Below, piece after piece: positions 1 to 10,606 of a DNA stretch of 64,000 nt. This DNA comes from Phycisphaerales bacterium (GTDB lineage Bacteria > Planctomycetota > Phycisphaerae > WQYP01), in assembly GCA_027451365.1 (NCBI GenBank), contig DAIDJN010000063.1, positions 70,979-134,978 on the forward strand, read 5' to 3'. A program made the position numbers and the translations under genes. Below the pieces are notes generated by a model that saw only the letters and a list, made by a program, of their open reading frames with translations, ran no database searches and was not told the origin of the DNA. The first letter of the stretch is position 1, and each line of letters starts with the position of its first letter.

Positions 1-166
1 GCATACGGGAAACCGGAAGACGGTCCGAGGGGATACCGGGTGGCGAGTCGTGAAACTGAAGACTTTTGGTGGTTTGGGCTGCGGCGATATTGCATTCGTC
101 GGACTGACACTTGGACAGGGCCGTGAATTGCGCGATGGGATCGGAGGTTATATTGAGTATGTCCAT
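1..166 (-). CDS. hypothetical protein, 5' part only (runs off the window edge)
   Basis: Minus-strand ATG at 166 preceded by AAGGA; frame open to position 1 (MDILNITSDPIAQF...). No recognisable motif. Confidence 0.4.
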   Translation of the reverse strand, partial: MDILNITSDPIAQFTALSKCQSDECNIAAAQTTKSLQFHDSPPGIPSDRLPVSRM

Positions 167-338
167 AGAGTCCTTCGAATTGTTGCAATTGTGAATCATA
201 GCCGTCTTCAGGTTCCGCCCACCGGCATTCGCATCATCAGTTTCCGCTCGCGTTCCGGGCGTCGCCCATTATTATCGGCAGATTGGCCGGTAAACATGCG
301 GAATCTTTTGGCGGGAAAATGAAGAGTTCCCCGGCGCA

Positions 339-2714
339 TCAATCGGCCGCTTCCGGCGGCAATGCAATTTCCACCATTAAAGTTTGCCGCGGAAGACAGG
401 TGCCCTGCGTGCACACAGAAGCCCGCAATGTCAGTTGCGCCTTTTGCGGTCGCATGGTGCAGGCAAGGCCCAAGCGGCACACCAATTCCACTTCTCCAAT
501 CAGCCCGGTCGGCGCATCGGGCCACAGGCCAACCGGCACTGGCGGCGGTGAATCAACGGAAATCAGCCAAACGCCGGACGAAGGTGTGAGCTGCCACGTT
601 AAGCCGAGTGACTCGCCCGCTGTAAGCTCAATATAGTAATTCGGAGCGATACGCAACCGCAGTGGAACTTCCAGGATAACTTCGCTGTTTGATGATGGAA
701 CTTGGCGCACCGAAAATGATTCATTGATTTCAAGAATTAAATTGGTCTTCGATTGTTCGCGGACGGAATTACCTGCGTCGAATATGGGTGCCGACAGAGA
801 TGTCCCTGATTCATTCTCGCGGGCGGCGCTGGTCAGCAGGGCTGCAAGAAGTGAGTGATGTCCGGTGGGGTGACGTTGAATGTCGGCGGCGGCCCATTGC
901 GCGTTGCGCATGGCCAACTCTTGAAAATCGGGACGATTTAATTTTTCAGCAAGTTCCAGCAGGGCGTGAATCGCCAGTGCGTTGGGTGATGGAATCGCGT
1001 TGTCCAGAACCGGCTTCAAACGAACCATCAACGCATCGTGGCGGTGTGAGGTTCCAAAAAAGCCGCCGCAATCGGTATCCAGAAAGTCGCGTATCAATTC
1101 ATCGGCCAGTTTTGCGGCGCGGTGCCAGGTGTCTGTGGCCGCCGGATTTTTCCACTGTTCCAGGCTTCTGGCCAGTCGCACCAAACCATCAAGCAGGAAC
1201 GCGTAATCTTCCAGGTAAGCTGGACCGGTGGCGGTTCCATTGCGGCTCATGTGAAGCAGTGTTCCCTTGGAATCGCGATGCAGCTGGAAAAGCGCGTCAG
1301 CGCAGCGCTGGGCGGCGTGAAGGTAGTGATCATAATTCAGGGCTGTGCTGGCGGCCGCCAAAGAGGCGATTAACAGTCCGTTCCAGCCCGTGAGAATTTT
1401 ATCATCCAATGCGGGGGAATTGCGCTTATTCCGCGCGGCCAGCAGGCGGCCGCGAAGCTGATTTAATCGTGATTGAATGACGGTCGGATCGGCCGTTGAA
1501 TCAGCTGCAATCTGGCCGGCATCGGCCGCCAGATATAACACGTTAACCGATTCCCAGTTGCCAGCGGGCGATATTCCAAAATGGCGAGCCAGCAGGTCGC
1601 GGTCCGCGCTTTCGGGAAACAAACCGCATAATTCTTCCCAAGGCCAGACATAAAATTTCCCTTCCTCTCCATCGCTGTCGGCATCTAATGCGGAAAAAAA
1701 TAAGCCCCGCGAATCGGTCATGGAGTTTAACCAGAAATCCAGCGTGCCGCGCGCGGTTTGTATCCAGAACGGGTCGTGAAATAATTTGCCGGCGCGGGCA
1801 TAAATGCCGGCGAGCTGGGCATTGTCATACAGCATTTTTTCAAAGTGAGGGGCGAGCCATTTTTCATCGGTGCTGTAGCGTGCGAAGCCGCCGGCAAGCT
1901 GGTCATAAATGCCGCCGCGGGCCATCTGTTCCAGGGTAATGGCCAGCATTCGACCAGCGGTTGACTGCAGATGCGCGGGCAGATGGAGACCTGGTGACGG
2001 CTTTTTGGATGCGGCAATTTCCGCCATGGTAAGCCACAGATTCAGGGCATGGTGCGGCGGAAATTTTGGCGCTCCGCGGGACCCGCCAAAGGTGTCATCA
2101 AAACCTGCGAGTTCAGCGGCCACGGCATCGGCGATGCATTTGCGCAAGTCGATTTCCGATTTTCCGGCGGCTGTGGATGAAACGTGCTGCGCGATGGCGG
2201 CAACAATATCGGCGGCCTGTTTTTCGACATCCGTACGCTTACGGGTAAAGGCATCGGCCAGGGTACCCAGCACGCGGGCGAAGCCGGGCCGGTTATAACG
2301 GTCTTCCGGCGGGAAATAGGTTCCGGCGTAAAACGGTTTGAGATCGGGCGTCAGCCAGACGCTCATGGGCCAGCCGCCTGACCCTGTAAGCAATTGCGTG
2401 GCGATCATGTACGTTTCATCAATGTCGGGATGTTCTTCGCGATCAACCTTGATGCAGATAAAATGAGAGTTAAGTATTTCGGCGATTTGCGGGTTTTCAA
2501 AACTTTCGCGTTCCATCACATGGCACCAGTGGCAGGCGGAATAACCGATCGAAAGAAAAATGGGACGGTTCAACTCACGGGCCGAGGCGATGGCGTCCGG
2601 TGACCAGGGCCACCAATCCACCGGGTTGTGCGCGTGCTGGCGCAAATATGGGCTGATGCTGTTGGCCAGACGGTTCGCCTGGCGGGCGTTTGTGGACTGG
2701 GCGCTATGCGTCAT
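339..2714 (-). CDS. thioredoxin domain-containing protein (YyaL/SPATA20, DUF255) with C-terminal DsbD-N-like domain
   Basis: NRLANSISPYLRQHAHNPVDW, GYSACHWCHVMERESF, PHFEKMLYDNAQL; C-terminal VCTQGTCLP resembles the nDsbD Cys pair. Confidence 0.92.
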   Translation of the reverse strand: MTHSAQSTNARQANRLANSISPYLRQHAHNPVDWWPWSPDAIASARELNRPIFLSIGYSACHWCHVMERESFENPQIAEILNSHFICIKVDREEHPDIDETYMIATQLLTGSGGWPMSVWLTPDLKPFYAGTYFPPEDRYNRPGFARVLGTLADAFTRKRTDVEKQAADIVAAIAQHVSSTAAGKSEIDLRKCIADAVAAELAGFDDTFGGSRGAPKFPPHHALNLWLTMAEIAASKKPSPGLHLPAHLQSTAGRMLAITLEQMARGGIYDQLAGGFARYSTDEKWLAPHFEKMLYDNAQLAGIYARAGKLFHDPFWIQTARGTLDFWLNSMTDSRGLFFSALDADSDGEEGKFYVWPWEELCGLFPESADRDLLARHFGISPAGNWESVNVLYLAADAGQIAADSTADPTVIQSRLNQLRGRLLAARNKRNSPALDDKILTGWNGLLIASLAAASTALNYDHYLHAAQRCADALFQLHRDSKGTLLHMSRNGTATGPAYLEDYAFLLDGLVRLARSLEQWKNPAATDTWHRAAKLADELIRDFLDTDCGGFFGTSHRHDALMVRLKPVLDNAIPSPNALAIHALLELAEKLNRPDFQELAMRNAQWAAADIQRHPTGHHSLLAALLTSAARENESGTSLSAPIFDAGNSVREQSKTNLILEINESFSVRQVPSSNSEVILEVPLRLRIAPNYYIELTAGESLGLTWQLTPSSGVWLISVDSPPPVPVGLWPDAPTGLIGEVELVCRLGLACTMRPQKAQLTLRASVCTQGTCLPRQTLMVEIALPPEAAD

Positions 2715-3451
2715 ACGGTATATATCCTGAGGCTTGGATATCTGCCGAGTCCGCTACATAACGGATCGGGCGCTTTGATTCCATTTCAATTCTAACCGTT
2801 GCGGGCGGGGATTTCCTGATTTGCAAATCATGGCGACTGAAAAATTGTCAACTGGCTTGCCGCACTTATTAAGCCAGTTTCTTAAGGCGGCTATTGGGAA
2901 GGCGTGACCACGCATCAACCGACTTTTTTTGCGGCGCAGTCCTTCCACTCCGCACGAAGTTAACGTGCGATGGTGTGCGGATGGCGGGTGGAGCGGTCCT
3001 GTTCGGGAATCGGCAATTCCACTGCATTCCAAGGCGTTTTGGCGCAGAGTTCCGGAGCCATTGACTACACGCTTAATTTTTTTGCCGCCCCCCCATCGGA
3101 TAGGTTGCGATCGCGTTGTTGGATACATTGCTGATCGTCCGCCCCATCGCAAACCCGCCGCCATGCCGGATTAAGCCTGTCTTAAAATAAGTCATGAATA
3201 ACCAGGAGCGGAATAACTTCGCAAATCTTGAACCAGGCAACAGGCCCAAAACAAATGAGGTGCGGTATAGGCGGCAAAAGTCGCGCGGAATAATCGAAGA
3301 GTTGTCGGCCACCAGTGCGGCGGCGCGAGTTTTGCTTGGAAGCGGCAGTTTCGATTTCGAGCGTAACATCGCTGATTTAATTATAAAAATATGGAAAAAA
3401 TTTCGCTAACGGCGAAATATAAAAGTGGCGTGGCTTTTTATCGGTCCACAG

Positions 3452-3479
3452 TTGACATCGTGACGGGTTGGTTTAGTAT
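3452..3479 (+). promoter_or_regulatory. putative sigma-70 promoter
   Basis: TTGACA (3452-3457) and TAGTAT (3474-3479), 16-nt spacer, upstream of the 3573 ATG. Confidence 0.45.
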
Positions 3480-3572
3480 CAATATAAACGAAATGAGAAT
3501 TCGCAAGTTGAATTCCAAAAGTTCCATAAAGGGAGAGCCGCTGTTACGAAGGTCTTGGCGGACTGAATAACG

Positions 3573-4613
3573 ATGAGTGAACGCGAAAAATATGCTGCCG
3601 ATGAGCTGGCGATTGTGCTAAGCCATTACGATATTGGGGTGATAAGCGCGGTCAAGGAATTTCCCCGCGGATCGCGTAAGGCGCCGAAACTGCTGATACG
3701 TTCGGACCGTGGGGAATTTCTGCTAAAAAGGCGGGCCAAAGGGAAAGACGATCCGTTTAAGGTGGCGTTTTGTCACGCCCTGCAGTTGTTTCTGGCGGAA
3801 AAGCAATTTCCGTTACCCCATCTGATTGGCACGCGCAAAGAAAATAATTCCATGCTTCAGACGCTGGGGGGCATTTACGAGTTGTTTGAATACATTCGCG
3901 GAAACAGCTACGACAATTCACTGGAAGCCACGCACGATTCAGGACGTATTTTAGCGCTGTATCATAAACTGCTTCGGGACCATACCTCGGAATATGAGCC
4001 GCCAACCGGAAGTTACCATAATTCGCGGCATATAGGCAGCAGTCTGGATCAGATACCGGCGACATTTTCGCGCGCGCCGCGGATCCCTACGGAAGCCTCG
4101 CAGATTGCAGATATTCTGGAAGTGTTGCGCGCCGCCTATGTCGCGGCCGCGGCACGGGTGAATCGGGCTGGTCTGCAGGATTGGCCATTGCAGGTGGTTC
4201 ATTGCGACTGGCACCCCGGCAACATGCTGTTTCGAAACCAGCGCGTTGTGGCGGTAATCGATTACGATTCAGCGCGGCTGCAACAGCGCATCATTGACCT
4301 GGCAAACGGAGTGTTGCAGTTTTCGATCATTGGCGGAGGGGACGATCCATCCACCTGGCCCGACCATGTGGATGAAGCCCGGTTTGAACGGTTCATCCGC
4401 GGGTACGACTCGGTGGATATGATCAGCACTGCAGAAATGCAGACGATCCCATGGCTGATGGTGGAGGCGATGGTTGCCGAAAGCGCATTTCACATTGCCG
4501 CCACCGGTTCGTTTGGACGAATTGAGGGGTTTGGATTTTTGAAAATGATTGATAGAAAAGTCAAATGGGTGACAGAACATGCCGACCGTCTGGTTCGGCT
4601 TGTGTCCGGATAA
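3573..4613 (+). CDS. APH / type II homoserine kinase-like phosphotransferase
   Basis: Brenner-type motif HCDWHPGNMLF followed by VIDYD. Confidence 0.85.
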   Translation: MSEREKYAADELAIVLSHYDIGVISAVKEFPRGSRKAPKLLIRSDRGEFLLKRRAKGKDDPFKVAFCHALQLFLAEKQFPLPHLIGTRKENNSMLQTLGGIYELFEYIRGNSYDNSLEATHDSGRILALYHKLLRDHTSEYEPPTGSYHNSRHIGSSLDQIPATFSRAPRIPTEASQIADILEVLRAAYVAAAARVNRAGLQDWPLQVVHCDWHPGNMLFRNQRVVAVIDYDSARLQQRIIDLANGVLQFSIIGGGDDPSTWPDHVDEARFERFIRGYDSVDMISTAEMQTIPWLMVEAMVAESAFHIAATGSFGRIEGFGFLKMIDRKVKWVTEHADRLVRLVSG

Positions 4614-4877
4614 GGGAGGCGGGTTTCCGCCCGCGTGACGGATAATTCGTATTAGCGAATTTCCTGAATTACGCCGCCCTTAGTTCAACTGGCGTTGAAA
4701 CGGTTATACGATTATTATATACACCTGAGGGAACGGATTGGACGAGTGCTTTTCAATGTCTGCCGGCGCGTTGGACTTTTCTGCTTCTTCGGAACGTCAG
4801 GTTTGATATTATTGGGAGTTGGGACGGGCTAACTTCAGCAGGTGCCAGAGGTTGCCCAGTAATTGCAGGAGTGTGTT

Positions 4878-5207
4878 ATGAATATTCTTGTGCCGCAAAT
4901 AAATCTTCGCGGAGATTACGTGCAAATTTGTGAACGCCTCCGTCAGGTGCGCGTGCAGGTATGCGGCCGCCGTGGCCAGTCGCGATTCGCGTTTCTGCTG
5001 GGGCTTTCACCATCCACGTATAACTATTACGAGAAGAAACGCATTCCGCCTGTGGAAGTGCTGGATTTAGCGGCCAAGGTAACCGGTGCTCCGCTCATGT
5101 GGCTGATTCGGGGGGAACCGGAAACCTTTCAACTTTCCACATTAATTTACATTGTGGGTGAATTGCCGGAAAAACCGACCAAAGATACCGCCTCCGCCGA
5201 CGACTGA
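4878..5207 (+). CDS. XRE-family helix-turn-helix regulator
   Basis: ERLRQVR...QSRFAFLLGLSPSTYNYYE...WLIRGE HTH_3 pattern; AGGAG upstream of ATG 4878. Confidence 0.8.
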   Translation: MNILVPQINLRGDYVQICERLRQVRVQVCGRRGQSRFAFLLGLSPSTYNYYEKKRIPPVEVLDLAAKVTGAPLMWLIRGEPETFQLSTLIYIVGELPEKPTKDTASADD

Positions 5208-5409
5208 CTCATGGGCATCCTCACCCGCCTGGGGGCATTGGCACACAGGCGGTTGGCAACTCGCGACGGCGTTAAACGCGTTCCAGAAATAGCCGATCAC
5301 AGAATTCATACTTTTGTTCTTGCACCGGCGCGAAATGCAATCGTGGGGCCGGTATTTTCAAAACAATTGAAGTTATTTCGTAAGACTTACCGGTACTGCG
5401 GCGACTGAT

Positions 5410-7443
5410 ATGATACGCGGTGGCGTCATGCCGGCGTTGAATGTAAGGAATCTGATGTTGCGTGATCGATACATTCTGGTGGCCCGCTCGCGGGGTGTCT
5501 GGTTGGCCGCACGGGCGATCCGGAGTTGGGCACTCCTCGTTGCGATGGCGTATGTTGCGGTTGGCCTTACCGGCGGCGGACTGGCTAGAGCCGGAGAAAT
5601 GGCCGTAAAACTAACCGCTGTGCCGGCGGCCGTGCACGCAGGCGCGAAGTTCCGCCTGAAAGTGCATATAAATGTAAACGCGGGCTTTCATATTCAATCC
5701 GCGCATCCGCTGGACAAAGATTTTATTCCGACCAAGCTTACGCCGGAAGCCAATAGCGACATTCAATTTGGACCGGTGCAATATCCCAAAGCCGTGCTGT
5801 TGCCGGCGTCGACGGCTCTTACGGCCGCGGGAAAAATATCGGTATATCTTAACGACGTTTCGGTATGGATTCCGGCACGGCTCAAGGCCGACACTCCGAC
5901 TGGTGATTTGATTCTGAAAGTCGATTTTCAGGCCCAGGCGTGCAACGATCAGACATGCTTTATGCCGGTGCAAAAAACCTTGACTGTACGGGTGCAGGTG
6001 TTGCCGGCTTTGTCCAAAGGGGGGACCGCACCGTCCGGCGGAGCCGTTGGAAAACAGTCAATCGGTTTGCCGCACCAAATGCCAGCCGCAAATTTGCCTG
6101 CAACAGGAGTGGCTTCATCCAGTCGGCCAGGTGGCCTCCAGCCAGCGCGGTCGGCACCGCGGGAATCCATTCAACAGCAGTTGCAGATCATTCAATCGCG
6201 GCCCTACCATGTACCACACGAACATTTGCCGTTGTGGGAGTTAATTGTTTCAGCGCTTTTGGGTGGGCTTATTCTGAATGTCATGCCCTGCGTGCTACCA
6301 GTCATACCGTTAAAAGTTCTTTCAATGGTGCAGCAGGCCCATGGCAACCGGAGGCGGGCGGTGGTGCACGCGCTGGCATTTTCCGCGGGGATTATTTCAT
6401 TGTTTGCCGGACTGGCGACGGCGATGGGTATTTACCGTTGGCGGACTCATCAACATTTGATGTACGGCATGCAGTACAGCCATCCGGAATTTCTGCTGGT
6501 GCTGGGCCTTGTGGTAATGGCGCTGGCGTTATCCATGCTGGGAGTCTGGACGATTTCAGCGCCGCGGGCCGTGACAAATTTGGAGGTTCCGCAGGGTGGC
6601 CTGGCCAGTTCATTTGCCATGGGACTTTTGGCGACCATTCTGGCCACGCCATGCAGTGCGCCATATCTGGGGCCACTGTTTGCGGTCACCTTGGCGGCAC
6701 CAACCGGAATCATCGTTCTTTTTTTTATGTTGATCGGTGTTGGCATGGCGGTGCCTTATGTGATACTGGCGGCGTTTCCGCAATGGCTGAATCGCGTGCC
6801 GCGCGCGGGGCGATGGTCTGAACTGCTTAAGCAGGCGTTGGGCCTTGTGATGGTGGGTGTGGCGATCTATCTTTTAAGCAGCCTGCCGTCACAACATGCG
6901 CTGATTTTAGCACTGGCGCTGACCTTGGTGCTTGGAGTGGTGTTGTGGGTGTGGGGGCAGGCGATAAGTTACTCCATGCCAGCGGGCCAGATATGGACCA
7001 TTCGCGGTGCGGCGCTGGCTTTTGGATTGGCAGTGGCGACGGGGCTATGGTTATACAACGGAGGCCTGAATCCGCGGGAGCATATTGGAAGTGGCCGTTG
7101 GCGACCGTTTACACTTCAGCGGTTGGATGCCGGGCTGCAAAACCATCGGCCGGTGGTGGTGGATTTTACGGCGTCATGGTGCATCAATTGTCATTACGTC
7201 AAGCATTTTGTTCTGGATACCATTCCGGTACGGAACAGCTTTCGCAAGGGCGATGTCCTGCTTCTGCGTGCCGATCTGACGGACGAGCCGCCGGTGGAAA
7301 AAGCACTGCTTTACAAGCTGGGCTGGCGATCTATTCCGGTACTGGCGGTATTTTCGCCGGCGCATCCGTATGCACCGAAAATATTGCATGATCTGTATTC
7401 TGCGCAGGCGGTAGAGACCGCGGTAAGCCAGGCGGGCGGCTAG
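5410..7443 (+). CDS. DsbD-family thiol:disulfide interchange protein
   Basis: nDsbD domain (QACNDQTCFMP), membrane domain with MPCVLP and TPCSAP, C-terminal thioredoxin DFTASWCINC. Start codon uncertain. Confidence 0.9.
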   Translation: MIRGGVMPALNVRNLMLRDRYILVARSRGVWLAARAIRSWALLVAMAYVAVGLTGGGLARAGEMAVKLTAVPAAVHAGAKFRLKVHINVNAGFHIQSAHPLDKDFIPTKLTPEANSDIQFGPVQYPKAVLLPASTALTAAGKISVYLNDVSVWIPARLKADTPTGDLILKVDFQAQACNDQTCFMPVQKTLTVRVQVLPALSKGGTAPSGGAVGKQSIGLPHQMPAANLPATGVASSSRPGGLQPARSAPRESIQQQLQIIQSRPYHVPHEHLPLWELIVSALLGGLILNVMPCVLPVIPLKVLSMVQQAHGNRRRAVVHALAFSAGIISLFAGLATAMGIYRWRTHQHLMYGMQYSHPEFLLVLGLVVMALALSMLGVWTISAPRAVTNLEVPQGGLASSFAMGLLATILATPCSAPYLGPLFAVTLAAPTGIIVLFFMLIGVGMAVPYVILAAFPQWLNRVPRAGRWSELLKQALGLVMVGVAIYLLSSLPSQHALILALALTLVLGVVLWVWGQAISYSMPAGQIWTIRGAALAFGLAVATGLWLYNGGLNPREHIGSGRWRPFTLQRLDAGLQNHRPVVVDFTASWCINCHYVKHFVLDTIPVRNSFRKGDVLLLRADLTDEPPVEKALLYKLGWRSIPVLAVFSPAHPYAPKILHDLYSAQAVETAVSQAGG

Positions 7444-7508
7444 GTGGCCGGCCTGTTTGCGAACGGAGGGGATTTCGCATGCAGCACGGGTAGCCGAATA
7501 CCGGGGGC

Positions 7509-8792
7509 TTATTTAGCCAATAGAATAATGATAATAACAATTGCAAAGGCCAGCAGCCCAAGCAGGCTAAGCACGAGTGGATCGGTAAATTTCTGGCTAA
7601 GGGTTCGGGAGGCCATGTCGATCGTTTTCTGGTGGTCCAGATCGGTCAAAGATGATTGTTCATCCATCGGTTCGCCTCCGGTGTTTTTATCCAGATTGGC
7701 AAGTGAAGTCAGGTCATACGATTTTCTGGCCAGCAGCGGCGGCTGGCCAGCGGCGACCGCCTGCAGGTCGGCCAGCATATCTTCCGTGTTGGCGTACCGC
7801 TTTTTTGCATCTTTGGCCATGGCCACTTCAATAATTTCCCCTACGCCGGCGCTAAGGGAAGTGACGATATGGTCGGGCGGAATAAGTTCCTCTTTCAGGT
7901 GTTTATGCATGACCGCGGCCGGCGAAGCCGCTTCAAACGGCACGCGGCCAGTGACCATGTGATAAAATGTGGCACCAAGAGAATAAATATCGGCACGGAA
8001 ATCAATATTCACTTCGCCGCGGATCTGTTCGGGTGAAATATAATAAGGTGTCCCATAGGCCTTGCCGGCTTCCGCCAGAGCGGCGGCCTGGTCGGTGGCA
8101 TCTCTCGCCAGACCCATATCGGCAAGTTTGGCGATACCGGCGGGCGTAATCATGATATTCTTTGGCTTTACATCACGGTGTATCAGGCCGTGGTGGTGGG
8201 CATGAACCAGGGCTTTGCAGACCTGGATGATAATATCGAGCGCCTCTTTTTCGGCATAGGGCTTGCCGCTGTCCACAAGGTGGTCGTAGACGGTTTTTCC
8301 TTCCACAAACTCCATGACGAAGTAGTGGTAACCGCCGGATTCACCTACATCATACGCCCCGACAATATTGGCATGGTTAAGTTTGGCCGCGGCCTTGCCT
8401 TCCATGTAAAAGCGATCAACGAATTCCTTATTCTCACTCATTTTCCGGGGCAGGACTTTAATGGCGACAAGGCGGTCCAGCGAAAGCTGCCGCGCCTTGA
8501 AAACGGTCGCCATGGCACCGGCACCCAGTTTGGAAAGTATCTGGTAGCCGGGAATCTGCTGGAAAGATTTCTGGTCATCCAGGTTGCCACGTACACGCGC
8601 CAACTGGCCAGGAGTGATATAGCCATTTTCGACCAGGAGGTCGGCGAGTGAGCGATGGTTGTTCTGGTGTTCAAGTTCGCCTTGGAGCGCCATGCAGTCG
8701 TTAAGTTCATCGCTGGTGCACAACCCCTGTTCGACAACAACGCGGCCGAGGATCGTGTCCATTTTACTGATTGTGCTGTTGCTGTCTGACAT
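7509..8792 (-). CDS. Hanks-type Ser/Thr protein kinase with C-terminal membrane anchor
   Basis: LGAGAMATV, VAIK, HRDVKPKN, DMG, GTPYYISPEQ; hydrophobic C-terminus. Confidence 0.93.
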   Translation of the reverse strand: MSDSNSTISKMDTILGRVVVEQGLCTSDELNDCMALQGELEHQNNHRSLADLLVENGYITPGQLARVRGNLDDQKSFQQIPGYQILSKLGAGAMATVFKARQLSLDRLVAIKVLPRKMSENKEFVDRFYMEGKAAAKLNHANIVGAYDVGESGGYHYFVMEFVEGKTVYDHLVDSGKPYAEKEALDIIIQVCKALVHAHHHGLIHRDVKPKNIMITPAGIAKLADMGLARDATDQAAALAEAGKAYGTPYYISPEQIRGEVNIDFRADIYSLGATFYHMVTGRVPFEAASPAAVMHKHLKEELIPPDHIVTSLSAGVGEIIEVAMAKDAKKRYANTEDMLADLQAVAAGQPPLLARKSYDLTSLANLDKNTGGEPMDEQSSLTDLDHQKTIDMASRTLSQKFTDPLVLSLLGLLAFAIVIIIILLAK

Positions 8793-9077
8793 AACTCTTT
8801 CGCATTCGACCAACCAGGCCCGATATTACGGATGGCAATCCAGATTGCTCCGATTTATCAGATAAGAAGTATATCGGCTCCGCAATCTGGAAAAACTGAG
8901 TTGCTTAGTTTTAAGGCCAGTCCATGCTTATTGCAAGGGGGTTTGGGTGATTGCCAGGGGCGGTCCGGCGTGGGAACGGGGAATTCGGCAACCGAATTGC
9001 GCGTTATTCGGCACAAGTCGCAACGACAGTTGGTCGTGGACTTTACAGCCGGCCTGCGGCGCGGCAAACTGGCGTAC

Positions 9078-10052
9078 ATGAATACCGTGGAATCCGTTGT
9101 TGCTTCTGAACCTGTTTCGCCAAGTCTGGCGGTACGAATTGGCTCCCTGGCACTGGCTAATCCAACCATGACCGCATCGGGCACCTGCGGCTATGCGGAC
9201 GAGTACGCCGATTTTTCCGATATGTCCCGCCTGGGCGCATTTGTTACCAAGTCCATCAGCAAACTGCCGCGGAAAGGCAATGAAAGCTACCGCGTGATTG
9301 AAACCCGCGCTGGCATGCTTAACGCGATTGGCCTGGCCAATATCGGTCTGGACCGGTTTATTGCCGAGAAAGTCCCCCGCCTGGAAAAAATGGGGGTGCC
9401 GGTGATTGTGAATGTTCCGGGCTGGTGTATTGACGACTACGCGGATGTGGCGGCCAAATTTGACCAGGATGTTCCCGTGGTTACCGGAATAGAACTGAAT
9501 GTAAGCTGTCCGAATGTGAAAAATGGTCTAAGCTTTGGAACCGATCCGGTCCGTCTGGCGGAATTGGTGGCGACGGTGCGCAAGCGGGTTTCCCGCTGCA
9601 CGCTTATCGTCAAGCTTTCACCGAATGTGGCGGATGTGGCTGTAACGGCACGGGCCGCGGTGGACGCCGGTGCCGATGCGCTTTCGCTTGTGAATACATT
9701 TACCGCGATGGTGGTGGATGTGGAAAAAGGACGGCCCATGCTGGCCAACGGTACCGGAGGGCTAAGCGGGCCGGCCATTAAGCCGATTGCGGTATTCATG
9801 GTCCATCGGGTCTACACGCAGGTTGCCAAAGCTCACAATATTCCCATCATCGGCATGGGCGGCATACAGACATGGAAAGATGCCGCAGAGTTTCTGCTGG
9901 CCGGTGCCACAGGTATTGCGGTGGGAACCGCGTTATTTGTGGACCCTGCCGCACCGCAGAAAATATGCGACGGTCTGACCGAATATCTTAAGCGAAAGGG
10001 CAAAAAGTCGGTCCGGGAAATTATCGGATCTCTGGACGCCGGTGCTTCATAG
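9078..10052 (+). CDS. pyrD: dihydroorotate dehydrogenase, family 1B catalytic subunit
   Basis: ASGTCG, MLNAIGLAN, ELNVSCPNV, VKLSPN, GGLSGPAIKP. Confidence 0.93.
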   Translation: MNTVESVVASEPVSPSLAVRIGSLALANPTMTASGTCGYADEYADFSDMSRLGAFVTKSISKLPRKGNESYRVIETRAGMLNAIGLANIGLDRFIAEKVPRLEKMGVPVIVNVPGWCIDDYADVAAKFDQDVPVVTGIELNVSCPNVKNGLSFGTDPVRLAELVATVRKRVSRCTLIVKLSPNVADVAVTARAAVDAGADALSLVNTFTAMVVDVEKGRPMLANGTGGLSGPAIKPIAVFMVHRVYTQVAKAHNIPIIGMGGIQTWKDAAEFLLAGATGIAVGTALFVDPAAPQKICDGLTEYLKRKGKKSVREIIGSLDAGAS

Positions 10053-10070
10053 GGTCGGCATAAAGGTCGA

Positions 10071-10541
10071 TCAACGGGTCGCGCTGGAGGTGTTATGGGC
10101 AGCGGGTGGACCAAGGGGTTCGACTCTGTCCCGACGATCCATGGCCAGGTTGGCCAAAGTATCGGGGCGGGCATTGCTTTCGCGGTACACGTGTTCCATT
10201 TTCCATTTCGGAATTTCCGCCAGCAGGCTGTGGGCGCGCGCGTGCAGCGGTTGAAGTGTGGCGTTGCGCACCTTGTAAATTCCCAGGATCTGTCGCACCA
10301 CCAGTTCACTGTCGGCGCGAATGGTCAATTCGCCGGCTCCCAGGGCCTTGGCGGCCTCCACACCCCGAATAAGGGCTTTGTATTCGGCCACATTGTTGGT
10401 CGCTGTTCCGATGAATTCGCCCAGCTCGTACACGTTTTTTCCGTCCGGCGTGCGCAAAGTAAGGCCGACCGCGGCCGGACCGGGATTTCCCCGCGAGCCG
10501 CCATCAAATTGCAGCACCAGATGCCGCTGCGAAACCGTCAT
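10071..10541 (-). CDS. rnhA: ribonuclease HI
   Basis: FDGGSRGNPG, TNNVAEY, DSELVVRQ, HVYRESN. Confidence 0.9.
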   Translation of the reverse strand: MTVSQRHLVLQFDGGSRGNPGPAAVGLTLRTPDGKNVYELGEFIGTATNNVAEYKALIRGVEAAKALGAGELTIRADSELVVRQILGIYKVRNATLQPLHARAHSLLAEIPKWKMEHVYRESNARPDTLANLAMDRRDRVEPLGPPAAHNTSSATR

Positions 10542-10606
10542 GACTTCTCCTTGGAAAGTTCAGTTCCGGATGCGTGGATGTCTCCGAATGGAGTTTGACC
10601 GCGAAT

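Noticed and set aside
2715..3572. ORFs 2754-3164, 2929-3174, 3073-3369 and a possible RNA in the long divergent gap
   Set aside because: No motifs or clear RBS; only weak hairpins; most simply a divergent promoter region.
8832..9077. 82-aa N-terminal extension of pyrD in the ORF track
   Set aside because: Not PyrD-like and occupies the divergent promoter region; start placed at 9078.
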